Assembly: GCA_973895155.1 (NCBI GenBank) | Contig: OZ316897.1 | Location: 310,001-374,000, forward strand | Direction of reading: 5' to 3' | Source of the DNA: Marsupella aquatica | Taxonomy: Eukaryota > Plantae > Marchantiophyta | DNA: 64,000 bases | In this document: piece after piece, positions 19,521 to 29,460 of the stretch | Numbering within the stretch: the first letter of the stretch is position 1 | Layout: every line of letters starts with the position of its first letter | Notes under the pieces: generated by a model | What the model was told of the DNA's origin: nothing | The model's database searches: none | Seen by the model: only the letters and a program-made list of their open reading frames with translations | Translations under genes and position numbers: made by a program

Positions 19521-20076
19521 CCGCGAGCACTTAACTGACAAGTTCTCATCCCACCTTGTGTACACACAAGCTTTGACAACTTGTTGTTTAGATTCAAGCG
19601 CCAGGGGGCTTTATACACTTCCCGGTTTGTTTAGAGGCCTATTCTAGGCCAAATCAGAGGTTGTTTTGGGGTTTTTGATACTTCTGAGTCCATCTAGACT
19701 CATAGATTGAACCAATTTTGCCTTGGTTCTCATCTACAACATTGGAGTGCCATTGTGAAGCTTATTATGAAGGCTCTTCCTTGAACCTTATGCACATTGT
19801 CATATTGATTTGCATTTGCTTTTGTGTGGAGAGTTGAATGGTATCCATTCTTGTTTCTGGATCCTCTTCACACATGTTTCCTATTTATGCGCCATGTTAG
19901 TTTCGTGTGGGCGCTTGATTCCATAGGAGTGATTCGGGTTTGCAACTGGACATTCTAGTGTGCTGTGTATTTCTCTCTTGGTGATGTTGGAGTGATGCCC
20001 AACACACCATGGTGAGTGCTTGTGGTGCTGACAGGGATAGATTGCCCTTAGGGTTAGCACATAGATTAGGTTAGGG

Positions 20077-22856
20077 TTGGTCACCACGGATTCTTCTGGT
20101 GCTGCTGGATTACCCGATGGACGACGGACCAGTTTCACTCGGAGTGGGGCACAATTTCGGCCAGCGGCATTGGTAGCAGTCAGCAGTGCAGCTTCATACA
20201 GTGATTCTGATGAGGACTCAGTGACCAGTTCTCCTCATCATCAGGTGGTTGCACCTTTGTTGTGGGATATGGACGAGATATACGGGGCTACAAAGGGCCC
20301 ATGACGATACTCTGGTGCAGTTGGCACAATTGATCTGGATGACTTCATGCAGGAGTTTGATACGTGGTGCAATATGCAGACATTGCATAACGTCACGTTG
20401 TTTACCCCTTTCATGGCATGGAAGGGATTATTCCAGCATTTGGAGGGGCCACCCATGGATGACTACCATGAGTTTCGGAAGGCTCATTTGGTTGAGATTG
20501 AGGGATGGAGGCAGCATTGGTCGCCTAATTACGTATCCATCACCTATGGCACTAGTGCGGCTACCCAACCCATTGCCACAGCTGCTGCTTCTTCTAGCAG
20601 CACTAGCCAGAGTGGCACACCATCCACCAGCAGCACTCCAGCAGCATCCACCACTACTCCTGCCGGTGTGATTGTGACAGGAACTGGAGTTGCGCCAGCA
20701 TTTAATCCTGTGGTGGAATTCTTTGAGGTACTGAAGCAGAACTATCAGGGTGTGAGAACTGATAAGTTGAAGGGTCTTCAGAATTCCAACGCAAGACTGG
20801 AGAGAGCCTACGTGAGGCATACACACGTATGCGCAGATTGATCACTGTCACCAAGGGAGTGACAGAGGCTCAGGCAGTCCAATTTTGGTATGCAATTCTG
20901 AACAGAGAATTGCGACGCAGAGTGAGAGATGTCACTCTACTTAGGGATGTAGATCCCACATTAGCAGTTGTTTTCACCCTTTCTGAGCGCATTGAGCTCA
21001 ATATGGTGAATGAGAAGGTGGTGACTTCCGGATTTGCCAAGGAAGCACCAAAGACTGCATCTACATCCACACCACAGCCTACCGCACGGAAGAGCCAGAG
21101 GGAGAAGCCTACTGCACGAGAGTCTACCAGCCAGAGACATGTGCCCTCTTATGCTGGACAGCAGTCAGGATGTTGGACCTGTGGTGGGGATCATGCACAG
21201 AGATATTTTCCAGATCATAGAGGATCAGGGGGAGCATCAGCACCTGATCAGCGACAGTGTGATCACTGTGGAGCTCCTGGACACACCAAGGATAGGTGTT
21301 TCTCACTCCACCCTGAGTTACGGAGAGGAGGATCCCGTACACATGATCAGGGAAGAGGAGGAGGAGGTAGAGGTGGTGGATGTGGTCATGGCATGCCACA
21401 TGCAGGGAGACAGGAAGGTGACGCTGCCCCTGCTGTAACCATAGATCCAAAGGATGCTAAGATTGCTCAATTGGAGCAACAACTAGCTGCCATGGCTAGT
21501 TCCCAGGTGAGACCTAATTCTGGTGATGGGGCATCTACATCCTATGGACCTTCCACATCCCATGGTCCTTCCACATCTTATGGAGCTGATGGAGACCTTG
21601 CCACCATGGGATTCATGTGTGGCACTGCACATATTGATGCATCAGCAGCTTTGACACGTGGGGCAGCCAAAGCTCTTGAGCCCCGAGGAGCAGTAGTGGA
21701 GTTAGATCCACAAAGGGGGGATGCACGTCGGCAGACACAGCTTCCTCAGTCTTTTACATTGTCAGAGACAGTTCAGACTGCCTCTATGAACCCGGTTCGG
21801 ACAAACCCTGATGTGGGTAAGTTGGCAGAATCAGGTAGTGATGTAGCAGGGATGACAGGTACCTTGCTGGGGGCGGCTATTGCCATAGTACACACCCCAT
21901 TATTTTCAGCGACAGACATGCTGAACTTGGGAGTTGGTCCTGCAGAAGTGTTCAGATTGGCAGCTACACTCTGTGAGGACACTCCAGTAGTTGCTTCCCA
22001 TGCAAAAGCAACTTGCAGTGTTGATGCAGTGAAGACCATGCCACCTACTGCTACTAGTGAGACATGGCATGCAGCAGCAGCGAGGTTGGTGGATTTACCA
22101 GCACGCCCTGCATTTGAGAGGACTAGGTTTAAACCTAGTGTTGTGTCATTGGATAATCGGAGTGGTATCTTCCGATTAGTTGGACCTTTTGGAGCAGTAT
22201 ACCAGCCAGAGAGAGTGTTACTGGATACTGGTGCTCAGCCCTTGATGTTGGGGAAGTCTGCCATACGTGGATTGGGATTGCGTCTAGAGGATTTGGAGGA
22301 TTGTCCCTTTCCCATTCAAACTTCATTGGGGGGACCTACACCTACACAGCATATCACCAGGAGACCACTTGATTTGAGGATTCAGGAAGGTCATACCACA
22401 GATAGCTCACAGATACAGACGCGAGCTATTCTGACAAAGGCAGAGCCATATGATGTGTTGGTGGGATGTACAGTGCTCTACCCCATGGGATTTATTCTTG
22501 ATTTTTGGGAGGAATCAGTGTCATATAGACCTGATTGGCAGTCAGGAGATGCTCGATTGAGAAAATTGCCAGTGAGATTTAGTGGACCTGTGGGAGGCCC
22601 TAAATCCACACCATTGTCTTTGGCAGCATTCAGTGGTGTAATTGCTGGACTTGATGATTTGATTGAGGGTAATGCGCATGCAGCCGATGTTCCACCATTG
22701 GAGGAGTCTCATGAGGAGCACATCATGCGAGGATTACCTGTTGGCAGTGTTGTGCCACCAGTGTGGGGCACTGCACAGGCCTTGCCACAGGCAGCAGCAC
22801 GATTGGTACATGATGCATGGCATCATGCTTTTACACCACAGTCAGGAGCAGAGTAG
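20077..22856 (+). pseudogene. Retroelement Gag + zinc knuckles + aspartic protease (5' part of a single polyprotein)
   Basis: Gag motif LQEFQRKTGESLREAYTRMRRL after correcting a 1-nt frameshift near 20780; knuckles CWTCGGDH (degenerate) and CDHCGAPGHTKDRC; protease VLLDTGAQ and YDVLVG. In-frame stops at 20302 and 22854. Start codon uncertain. Confidence 0.88.
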
Positions 22857-22874
22857 TCTCTTGCAGATGGACCT

Positions 22875-24065
22875 GTGACTCTTTCACCATTGGATACCAC
22901 TCCTATTGCTTGGCAGTATCCACCGGAGGGTATTTATTTGTTGGATCTTTTTGGTGGGATTAGCACTGGATTGGCTGCTGTTCTTCAGGCAGGAATTCCT
23001 GTGCGTTGTTATTTGTATGTGGAGACAGATGAGACAACACAAAGGGTCTCATTGCGACATGTGGCTATGTTGGTGGATAGATATCCACAGTTGCTGCCAG
23101 TGGATGCTGTTCGTGGTTATCAGCATGCACTACCTGCTGATGTTTCATTGTTGGGGGCGGATCATCTACATCGTGTTGGCCCCATTAATTTGGTGATTGC
23201 TGGTTGGCCATGTCAGGGCCAATCTAGAGCTGGCATTGGGCATGGACTTCATGATCCACGCTCTGCATTGTTTTGGGAGATGTTACGGGTGCTGCGTCAT
23301 CTCCAGCTACATCAAACACAGTCTCCAACATACATTTTGGAGAATGTGCCATTGTTAGGTGATGATCGTAGTCGGATTGTTGCAAGTGTTCACCAAGTGA
23401 GGTCTTGGATTGGACCTGCTGTGTTATTGGATGTTGCACGTGTGGGTTCTCGTGCACATCGTCCACGCTTGTGGTGGACTAATTTGATCCCATGTGAGGT
23501 GCTGAAGCGCGCATTTGACAGCATTCCACGCTCACCAGCCTTAGTGGTGGATGATATTTTGGATCCAGGGCGTCGTGCACAGGGTGTGACCCAACCTGAT
23601 AGGCCTCCATTGGCAATGGTCCATGCAGTTGGGTGCCCACGTTGTGCATTACCCACTCTTGTAAGCCACTCTACTTCATATGCATTCAGAGCAGGTGGCC
23701 CTGGACTTGTATGGGACACAGCTCTCCAGCAGTTAGTGGAGCCTACTGCTGATGAGAGAGAGCGTGCTATGGGATTTTTGACTGGCACCACTGCAGCTGC
23801 CTCTGTGTCAGAGGGTTTGCGGCGCCAGGTTCTTGGTCAAGCAATGGATTTGAATTGTTTGACTTGGATTATCAGCTTGGGAGTAGCTGAACAGTTGCGG
23901 ATGCGCTCTGCCGGAATTACTGATTGTCCCTTGGTGAGCTTGCGGTCCACTGAGATAGTATTGACCATAGCTGGGGGCGAGCAGACAGTCCATGGACCTA
24001 TGACAGGATTGGCGGCTGGACAGATTGTTGAGCAGGAAGGGACTGCTCAATCTACTGCTAAATAG
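22875..24065 (+). CDS. C5 cytosine DNA methyltransferase domain (DNMT3/DRM-like motifs, unpermuted order), in frame between protease and RT
   Basis: Motif I LDLFGGISTG (F at 22950); II YVETD; IV LVIAGWPCQG (catalytic Cys 23211-23213); V LFWEMLRVL; VI ILENV (23340-23348); VIII AHRPRLWWTNL; IX ERERAMGF; X RQVLGQAM. Same reading frame as ORFs 20829-22856 and 24111/24399. Confidence 0.95.
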   Translation: MTLSPLDTTPIAWQYPPEGIYLLDLFGGISTGLAAVLQAGIPVRCYLYVETDETTQRVSLRHVAMLVDRYPQLLPVDAVRGYQHALPADVSLLGADHLHRVGPINLVIAGWPCQGQSRAGIGHGLHDPRSALFWEMLRVLRHLQLHQTQSPTYILENVPLLGDDRSRIVASVHQVRSWIGPAVLLDVARVGSRAHRPRLWWTNLIPCEVLKRAFDSIPRSPALVVDDILDPGRRAQGVTQPDRPPLAMVHAVGCPRCALPTLVSHSTSYAFRAGGPGLVWDTALQQLVEPTADERERAMGFLTGTTAAASVSEGLRRQVLGQAMDLNCLTWIISLGVAEQLRMRSAGITDCPLVSLRSTEIVLTIAGGEQTVHGPMTGLAAGQIVEQEGTAQSTAK

Positions 24066-24110
24066 CAATCATCGGCTATCTCTTCTACCCTACAAAGAGA
24101 TATTAGGGAT

Positions 24111-25840
24111 TTGGTGGAGAGTTGGGAACCACAGCTTGGCCCTAAGTTAACAGGGGAGGAGAGACGTCGCATGCATCGATTCCTGAAGAGTTATTGGAAT
24201 TGTTTTGCATTCAGCATGAAGAATTTGGGGACATTGAAGGGCCCTCGTATTCAGATTGAATTGGCTAGTGATGCGCCAATCTTTCGTAGACCATACCGTT
24301 ATAGTGATATGGAGAGAGCTCTGATTCAAAGCAGAACTCAAGATTTGTTGGAGGCTGGATTGGTGGAGATTTCATAAGGGGAGTATGCATCTGCCACAGT
24401 GATGCCAGCCAAGAAAGATGTGCATGGCAATTACACAGATAGGCGCATGTGTGGTGATTACAGACCTATTAATCGCCAGACAAAATCTGATCGATATGCC
24501 ATGCCCACACCTGAGGAGATCTTTGATGTTGTGGGGCATGCAAAGGTTTTCAGTTCATTGGATCTGAGGGCAGGATACCATCAGCTTCCAATTAGGCATG
24601 CTGACAGGTCCAAGACAACATTCTGGGGGATTGATTCTTATGGCAAAGATCGTTTGTATCAATGGTTATTCTCACCATTTGGGTTGAAGAATGCACCAGC
24701 TGAGTTCCAGAGAGTCATGGATCGAATCCTTGTAGGTTTGGATTTTGTCAGATGTTATATTGATGATATTTTGGTCTATTCTTCTACTGTGGAAGAACAT
24801 CAGCAACACTTGCAGACTGTGTTGGAGAGATTGAGAGCACATGGGTTGAAGCTCCATCCTAGCAAGTGTAAGTTCTTCCAAGACCAGATTGAGTATTTGG
24901 GCCACACCATATACCCAGGGGGATTGGGTGTACAGCAGACTAAAGTGGAGGCCATTACACAGATTCCTTGTCCTACTGATGTGAGTAGAGTTCGTGCATT
25001 CTTGGGATTGGCGAGCTACTACAGGAGGTATGTTAAAGGATTTAGCCAGCTTGCTAAACCTTTGACCATACTCACTAAGTTGGATCAGGAATGGATTTGG
25101 GGTGATGACAAGGAGCATGCCTTTCAGGAGTTGAAGCAAAGGTTGGCATCATCCCCTATTTTGAGAAGACCCATTTCAGGCAGACCATTTCAGCTACACA
25201 CTGATTGGAGTGGAGTAGGACTTGGAGCAGTGCTGACTCAGAAGGATGATGAGGGGAATGAGTTTGTTGTGGCTTATGCCAGTAGATCAAACAATTCAGC
25301 AGAGGCTAAGTATAGCTCTTATGAGGGAGAGTGTTTGGCAGCAGTGTGGGCTGTTGCACACTTTCGTTGCTACTTGTTTGGTAACCCCTCACCTTGATCA
25401 CTGATCATCAGCCTCTTAAGTGGTTAATGGAGTCTGACAAGCTTACAGGGAAGCTTGCACGATGGGCATTGTTGTTACAGGAGTATGATTTCCAGGTGGT
25501 GCATAGGCCTGGAAAAGTGAACTTGGATGCAGATGGATTAAGCCGCAATCCATGTACCAGTCAGCAGGATGAGACTGCAGCCAGATGGCATGATGAGTCA
25601 GATAAGGAGATGGTGCCAGGATGGCATGCATCTGACTTTCTTTGTTGGGTGCCAGCATACAGTGGATCTGTGGACTCTACCTCATTAGATGGAGTGGATG
25701 ATGAGTCTTCAGATGTGGATGTTGGTGAGGTAACTTCTGGACAGCAAGATATTCACAATGATGTGAGAGTGTTGGAATATCTGCGCAATAGTTCTATTGT
25801 TGGCAGTGTTGATGCCAAGGAACGTGACAGGGTTCTATAG
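24111..25840 (+). pseudogene. Reverse transcriptase + RNase H
   Basis: RMCGDYRPIN, LDLRAGYHQL, PFGLKNAPAEFQ, YIDDILVYS; RNase H LHTDWS, YEGECLA, TDHQPL, DADGLSR. Stop at 24375, 1-nt frameshift near 25390, stop at 25838. Confidence 0.97.
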
Positions 25841-25876
25841 AGAGCCAAGAGGTTTCGATGGGAGGGAAACCATCTT

Positions 25877-26830
25877 TTGAGAGTACTGCATGATGGTAGG
25901 ATGTTGGTGGTACCAAAACCATCACAACGAGTACATTTGGTGCGACATGCGCACGAGGAGTTGGGTCACTTTGGTGTGAAGCGCACTTACAGCTTGCTGC
26001 AGACACAGTATTGGTGGCGTGGTATGCACACTCATGTCCAGCAGTTGATAGCTAAGTGTGTGGTATGTGACAGAGTGAGAGCATCATTTAATGCTCCCAC
26101 TCCCCAGTTGCACCCGTTACCGATCATGGGTTTGGGATATCGTTGGAGTTTGGATTTTGCTGGTCCATTACCTCTTACCCAACGTCATAATCGGTATGTT
26201 TTGGTCATGGTGGAGCACTTCTCCAAGTGGATTGAGCTAGTGGCGTTGCCAGATAAAGCCAGTGGAGGAGTTGCTGCTACATTTTTGGATCGTGTACTCA
26301 GTCATTTTGGAGCACCAGCTGAGGTGTTGACTGATCAGGGAACTGAGTTCCGTGGAGAGTTTGAGAGTTTGTGTGAACAAGCTCTGATTGATCATTGCAC
26401 TACCTCTTGTGATCATCCTGAGGCAGATGGATTAGCTGAGAGAGTTGTGCAAACTGTGAAGAGAGGATGGCAAAAGTATCTGGGAGATTGGGATCTCCAG
26501 CTACCTTGGTTAGTTATGGGCTACCAGTTCAGTCGGCAAGCATCACTTGCATCCTTCTCACCCTACTTTTTGCTCTATGGTAGAGAGCCAGATTTGCCAG
26601 CAGCTATTCGTCGTCATGCTGCACCAGTTGTGAACTTGGATGATCCTGATGTTTGGGTCAAGGTGTGTTCAGAGAGAGCACGGGTATTTCATAGAGTGAT
26701 GTCCATGGCTTTTGACAACCTTGCCATTGCCCAACATCGTGATACTTTGAGGTATGCCACTATTTGTGGAGGAGGTTACCGTGCAAGCATTCGACGATTT
26801 CATCCTGGTGATTATGTTTATTTGCAGTAG
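25877..26830 (+). pseudogene. DDE integrase (rve) with HHCC zinc finger
   Basis: HEELGH...CVVC; SLDFAGP (D), LTDQGTEF (D), GLAERVVQTVK (E). In-frame stop at 26828. Confidence 0.96.
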
Positions 26831-26839
26831 ACAGCACCC

Positions 26840-27172
26840 ATGACACTTGATGTGACCGCAGGCCGGACAATCTTACGTGTGCGTGAAGTGTTGCCTTTTG
26901 GTGTCCTGATGTTGGAGGGACGCGATGGTATGGTTTGGAAGGATCATGTGCGCAACTGTGCACCATGTCACCTTCCCAACATTGATGGTACAGTAGATCC
27001 AAGCTTGGCACATGTTCGTGCTGGCTTGAAATGTATGTTGTGTGGATCTGCTCAAGGAGCAGCTACTATGTTGATTTGTGATAAGTGTTCTAGAGGATGG
27101 CACATGTCATGTTTGACACCACCATTGCAAGTGATTCCTAGTGGATCATGGTTGTGTCCTCAGCGTCGGTGA
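26840..27172 (+). pseudogene. Integrase C-terminal tail ending in a PHD finger
   Basis: CMLC..MLICDKCSRGWHMSCLTPPLQVIPSGSWLCPQR fits C4HC3 with the last Cys changed to Arg (CGT). In frame with the integrase across one TAG. Confidence 0.9.
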
Positions 27173-27336
27173 AGCCGACTAGTTATCATTTGTGTTCTCT
27201 TGGCAGATATGGATTGCAGGTAGGTGATCGATGAGGCTCACTTGCACCCGGCCTCCTGATCTTCACACCTAAAAAGGTGTATATCAACCTTGTAGAACTC
27301 ATGGCTAGCTAGAGTTAGGGGACCTTACTCCCAGCT

Positions 27337-27343
27337 AGGGGGG
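27337..27343 (+). promoter_or_regulatory. Short polypurine tract-like run preceding repeat B1
   Basis: AGGGGGG followed by CGAT and then the TGTGGG start of B1 at 27348. Confidence 0.5.
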
Positions 27344-27347
27344 CGAT

Positions 27348-27952
27348 TGTGGGTTTTGGACATGTGTGGACATGAGTTCCACTTGTATTCCATTCTCTTG
27401 TATTTGTGATGTGACAGTGTGACTATGTCTGGATGTATGTGACAAGCGATGTATGTTGTGTAGCGATATGTATGCGCACGACAGCTGTCACACCATTCTG
27501 AGTAGTGTAGTAGTATATCGTGCTATTAGAGTATGTACGTTTGGTATGAGTGCTATTGGAGCCGATAAGGTTCTGTCAGGTTTGTGTGAGAGGGTACTTC
27601 TCACTTGTGAGGCATTGAAAGGTCATCTTTCAATGTTGAGCCTTGGAGAGAGAGGAGCTTGAGTGTGGCTATGCTGGTTGTGAGCTCTGCTTGTGTAACG
27701 TGGATTCCTTGAGTAGTGCAAGGTGCGTTGGCTTGACATACGTGTGTGATCGGATCGGTGCGGGATCGATGGGGTATTGTTGACCGAGATCGTTGTGCCG
27801 ATTGTATGGAGATTATTGTGGGTTTTGGACATGTGTGGACATGAGTTCCACTTGTATTCCATTCTCTTGTATTTGTGATGTGGCAGTGTGACTATGTCTG
27901 GATGTATGTAACAAGCGATGTATGTTGTGCAGCGATATGTATGCGCACGACA
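27348..27952 (+). repeat. 3' repeat block B1-GC-A2-T-B2
   Basis: B1 27348-27483 and B2 27817-27952 (136 bp each, 3 transitions apart); A2 27486-27815; B1/A2 junction GACA-GC-TGTC. Confidence 0.95.
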
Positions 27953-28600
27953 ATGGAAGCGCTAAATGAGGTGGAAGTTAAAGCTAGTCGTCTCATTGCA
28001 CATCCTTCCCATGATACTGAGGTCAGAATCACTAATGACTGCAATAGACAGTACATAGTGAACCTTGAGTCACCTTGGTCATGCAGTTGTGGTGATTTCC
28101 AGGATACATTGTTGCCTTGTATACATGCTTGGCGAGCAATTACTAGACTACGCAAACGTCACTATGATTTTGTCAGTCCCTACTACAGCACAGAGTCATA
28201 CAAAAATATTTATGACTCTCATCTACCAGCTTTGATAAGAGATGGGCTAATTCCAAATCCATATTGTGGGCCTCCACTGAAGAAAAGACGCAAAGGTCGT
28301 CTGACAGAGCGGATTCGGACTCGCTTTGATGATGAGGAGGTATGTCGGTTGCCACGAAAGTGTGGGGTTTGTGGAGAAAGAGGACATGACTGCAGAAATT
28401 GTCCAGACCAAAATGAATTGCAAGTCGTGCAAAATTTGGAAGAAGGGAGTGAATTGGGAGACATGGTGGAAGAACATTGTGTTGCTGAAGAGGAGGCCAA
28501 TCAAACTGTACAAGAGTGGAGTTCACAGGAGAGCATCGCCCTTTGGAACTTTTTCTCAGTTGCTAGCTACCATGGAGAGTCAACCATCAACATTTACAAC
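27953..28600 (+). pseudogene. MULE transposase, 3' part (SWIM finger and zinc knuckle)
   Basis: MEALNEVEVK..YIVNLESPWSCSCGDFQDTLLPCIHAW (SWIM), VSPYYSTESYKNIY, PPLKKRRKGR, RKCGVCGERGHDCRNC. The ORF runs to 28852; the true 3' end is uncertain. Confidence 0.9.
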
Positions 28601-28923
28601 TCCTTAGTTGGCCCAAAATGGTTCTATTTTAGTGTTCTCAATGTTATATTTAGTTTAGTTTCACAGTCCGATTTACTTTCGGACTTCAGTATACAACTTT
28701 TTGTATCCAGGTCTGTACGATGCTCAAATTTTGTAACTTGTTACAAGTTGATGGCAATTCAATTGAATTTTTTTGGCCACAGTTCATGTTCAGACACATA
28801 CAATGTAACAATTCACACTGGACAGAAGCACAATAGCACATTTTATTCATAGATTGGGCACTTGGGCATTACAGCAAGTGTGATTCATGAACACAATTGG
28901 AAGGCTATGTAATCAATGTTGCA

Positions 28924-29460
28924 CTAACATTTAGTCCGCCTAATACGCATCAATCCATCCTGCAAATATGCCAAAGCTTCCTGTCGAGTCTTGAAACTCT
29001 TAAACTTGCATCCGCTGAAGCCATGGACCTGGTGTTGACATGCCTCCCATGTATCATAGATGCCTGGTGTATACCCACACACAACTGCATAGTATCGTCG
29101 CCTCTGCCCAGGATGCCATGATTGAATCTGTTCATTTGGCAAATGCCTCGACTTTGCATCCATATCCTGAGTCACAGGTTCCTGTGTTGCAGTATGTGGG
29201 AGCACAGGCTGCACCGGCTGCACAATTGGCATACACAATGCTTCAGTGTCTACCAACTTTGATTGCATTGACATCCGTGGAGGCATTGCTACTGCTACAG
29301 GGGCTGCTTGCTCCCTGGATGATAGCAACCAGACCTGCAATTTGTCTTGGCCGAGCTGCATTGCGTCAGAGACAAGGCAAAAAATGTATCCAAGCACCAC
29401 AAGCAAGGCCCAAATGCATATTGCAAGCACCCTGATAATGGTTCGAGTCCCTGGCACCAT
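28924..29460 (-). CDS. MULE accessory ORF: hydrophobic segment plus RNase H1 N-terminal hybrid-binding (Caulimovirus viroplasmin VI-like) domain
   Basis: RRRYYAVVCGYTPGIYDTWEACQHQVHGFSGCKFKSFKTRQEALAYL (~28960-29105) fits the YAV..G..PG(I/V)Y.TW..C...V.GF.G..FK.F.T..EA..(F/Y) consensus. Upstream IIRVLAICIWALLVVLGYIFCLVS. Likely ATG at 29460; convergent with the transposase. Confidence 0.8.
   Translation of the reverse strand: MVPGTRTIIRVLAICIWALLVVLGYIFCLVSDAMQLGQDKLQVWLLSSREQAAPVAVAMPPRMSMQSKLVDTEALCMPIVQPVQPVLPHTATQEPVTQDMDAKSRHLPNEQIQSWHPGQRRRYYAVVCGYTPGIYDTWEACQHQVHGFSGCKFKSFKTRQEALAYLQDGLMRIRRTKC

Larger units (their letters stand above)
18388..27952 (+). mobile_element. Ty3/Gypsy-type retrotransposon with split direct repeats, encoding a C5 DNA methyltransferase and a PHD finger
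   Basis: Termini TGTC...GACA; 4-bp TSD ATGG (18384-18387, 27953-27956). Removing the element restores the MULE frame FPPNIM-EALNEVEVK. Domain order PR-RT-RH-IN is Gypsy-type. Confidence 0.95.

Noticed and set aside
22875-24065. Host DNMT3/DRM gene or bacterial restriction-modification contamination
   Set aside because: Intronless, in frame with retroelement PR and RT, inside TSD-bounded repeats, with no neighbouring endonuclease or bacterial genes.
18388-27952. DIRS/Ngaro/PAT tyrosine-recombinase element, suggested by the split repeats and a methyltransferase
   Set aside because: No tyrosine recombinase is visible. It has a protease, an HHCC-DDE integrase and a TSD, and its MTase has C5 (PC/ENV) motifs, not adenine-MTase motifs.
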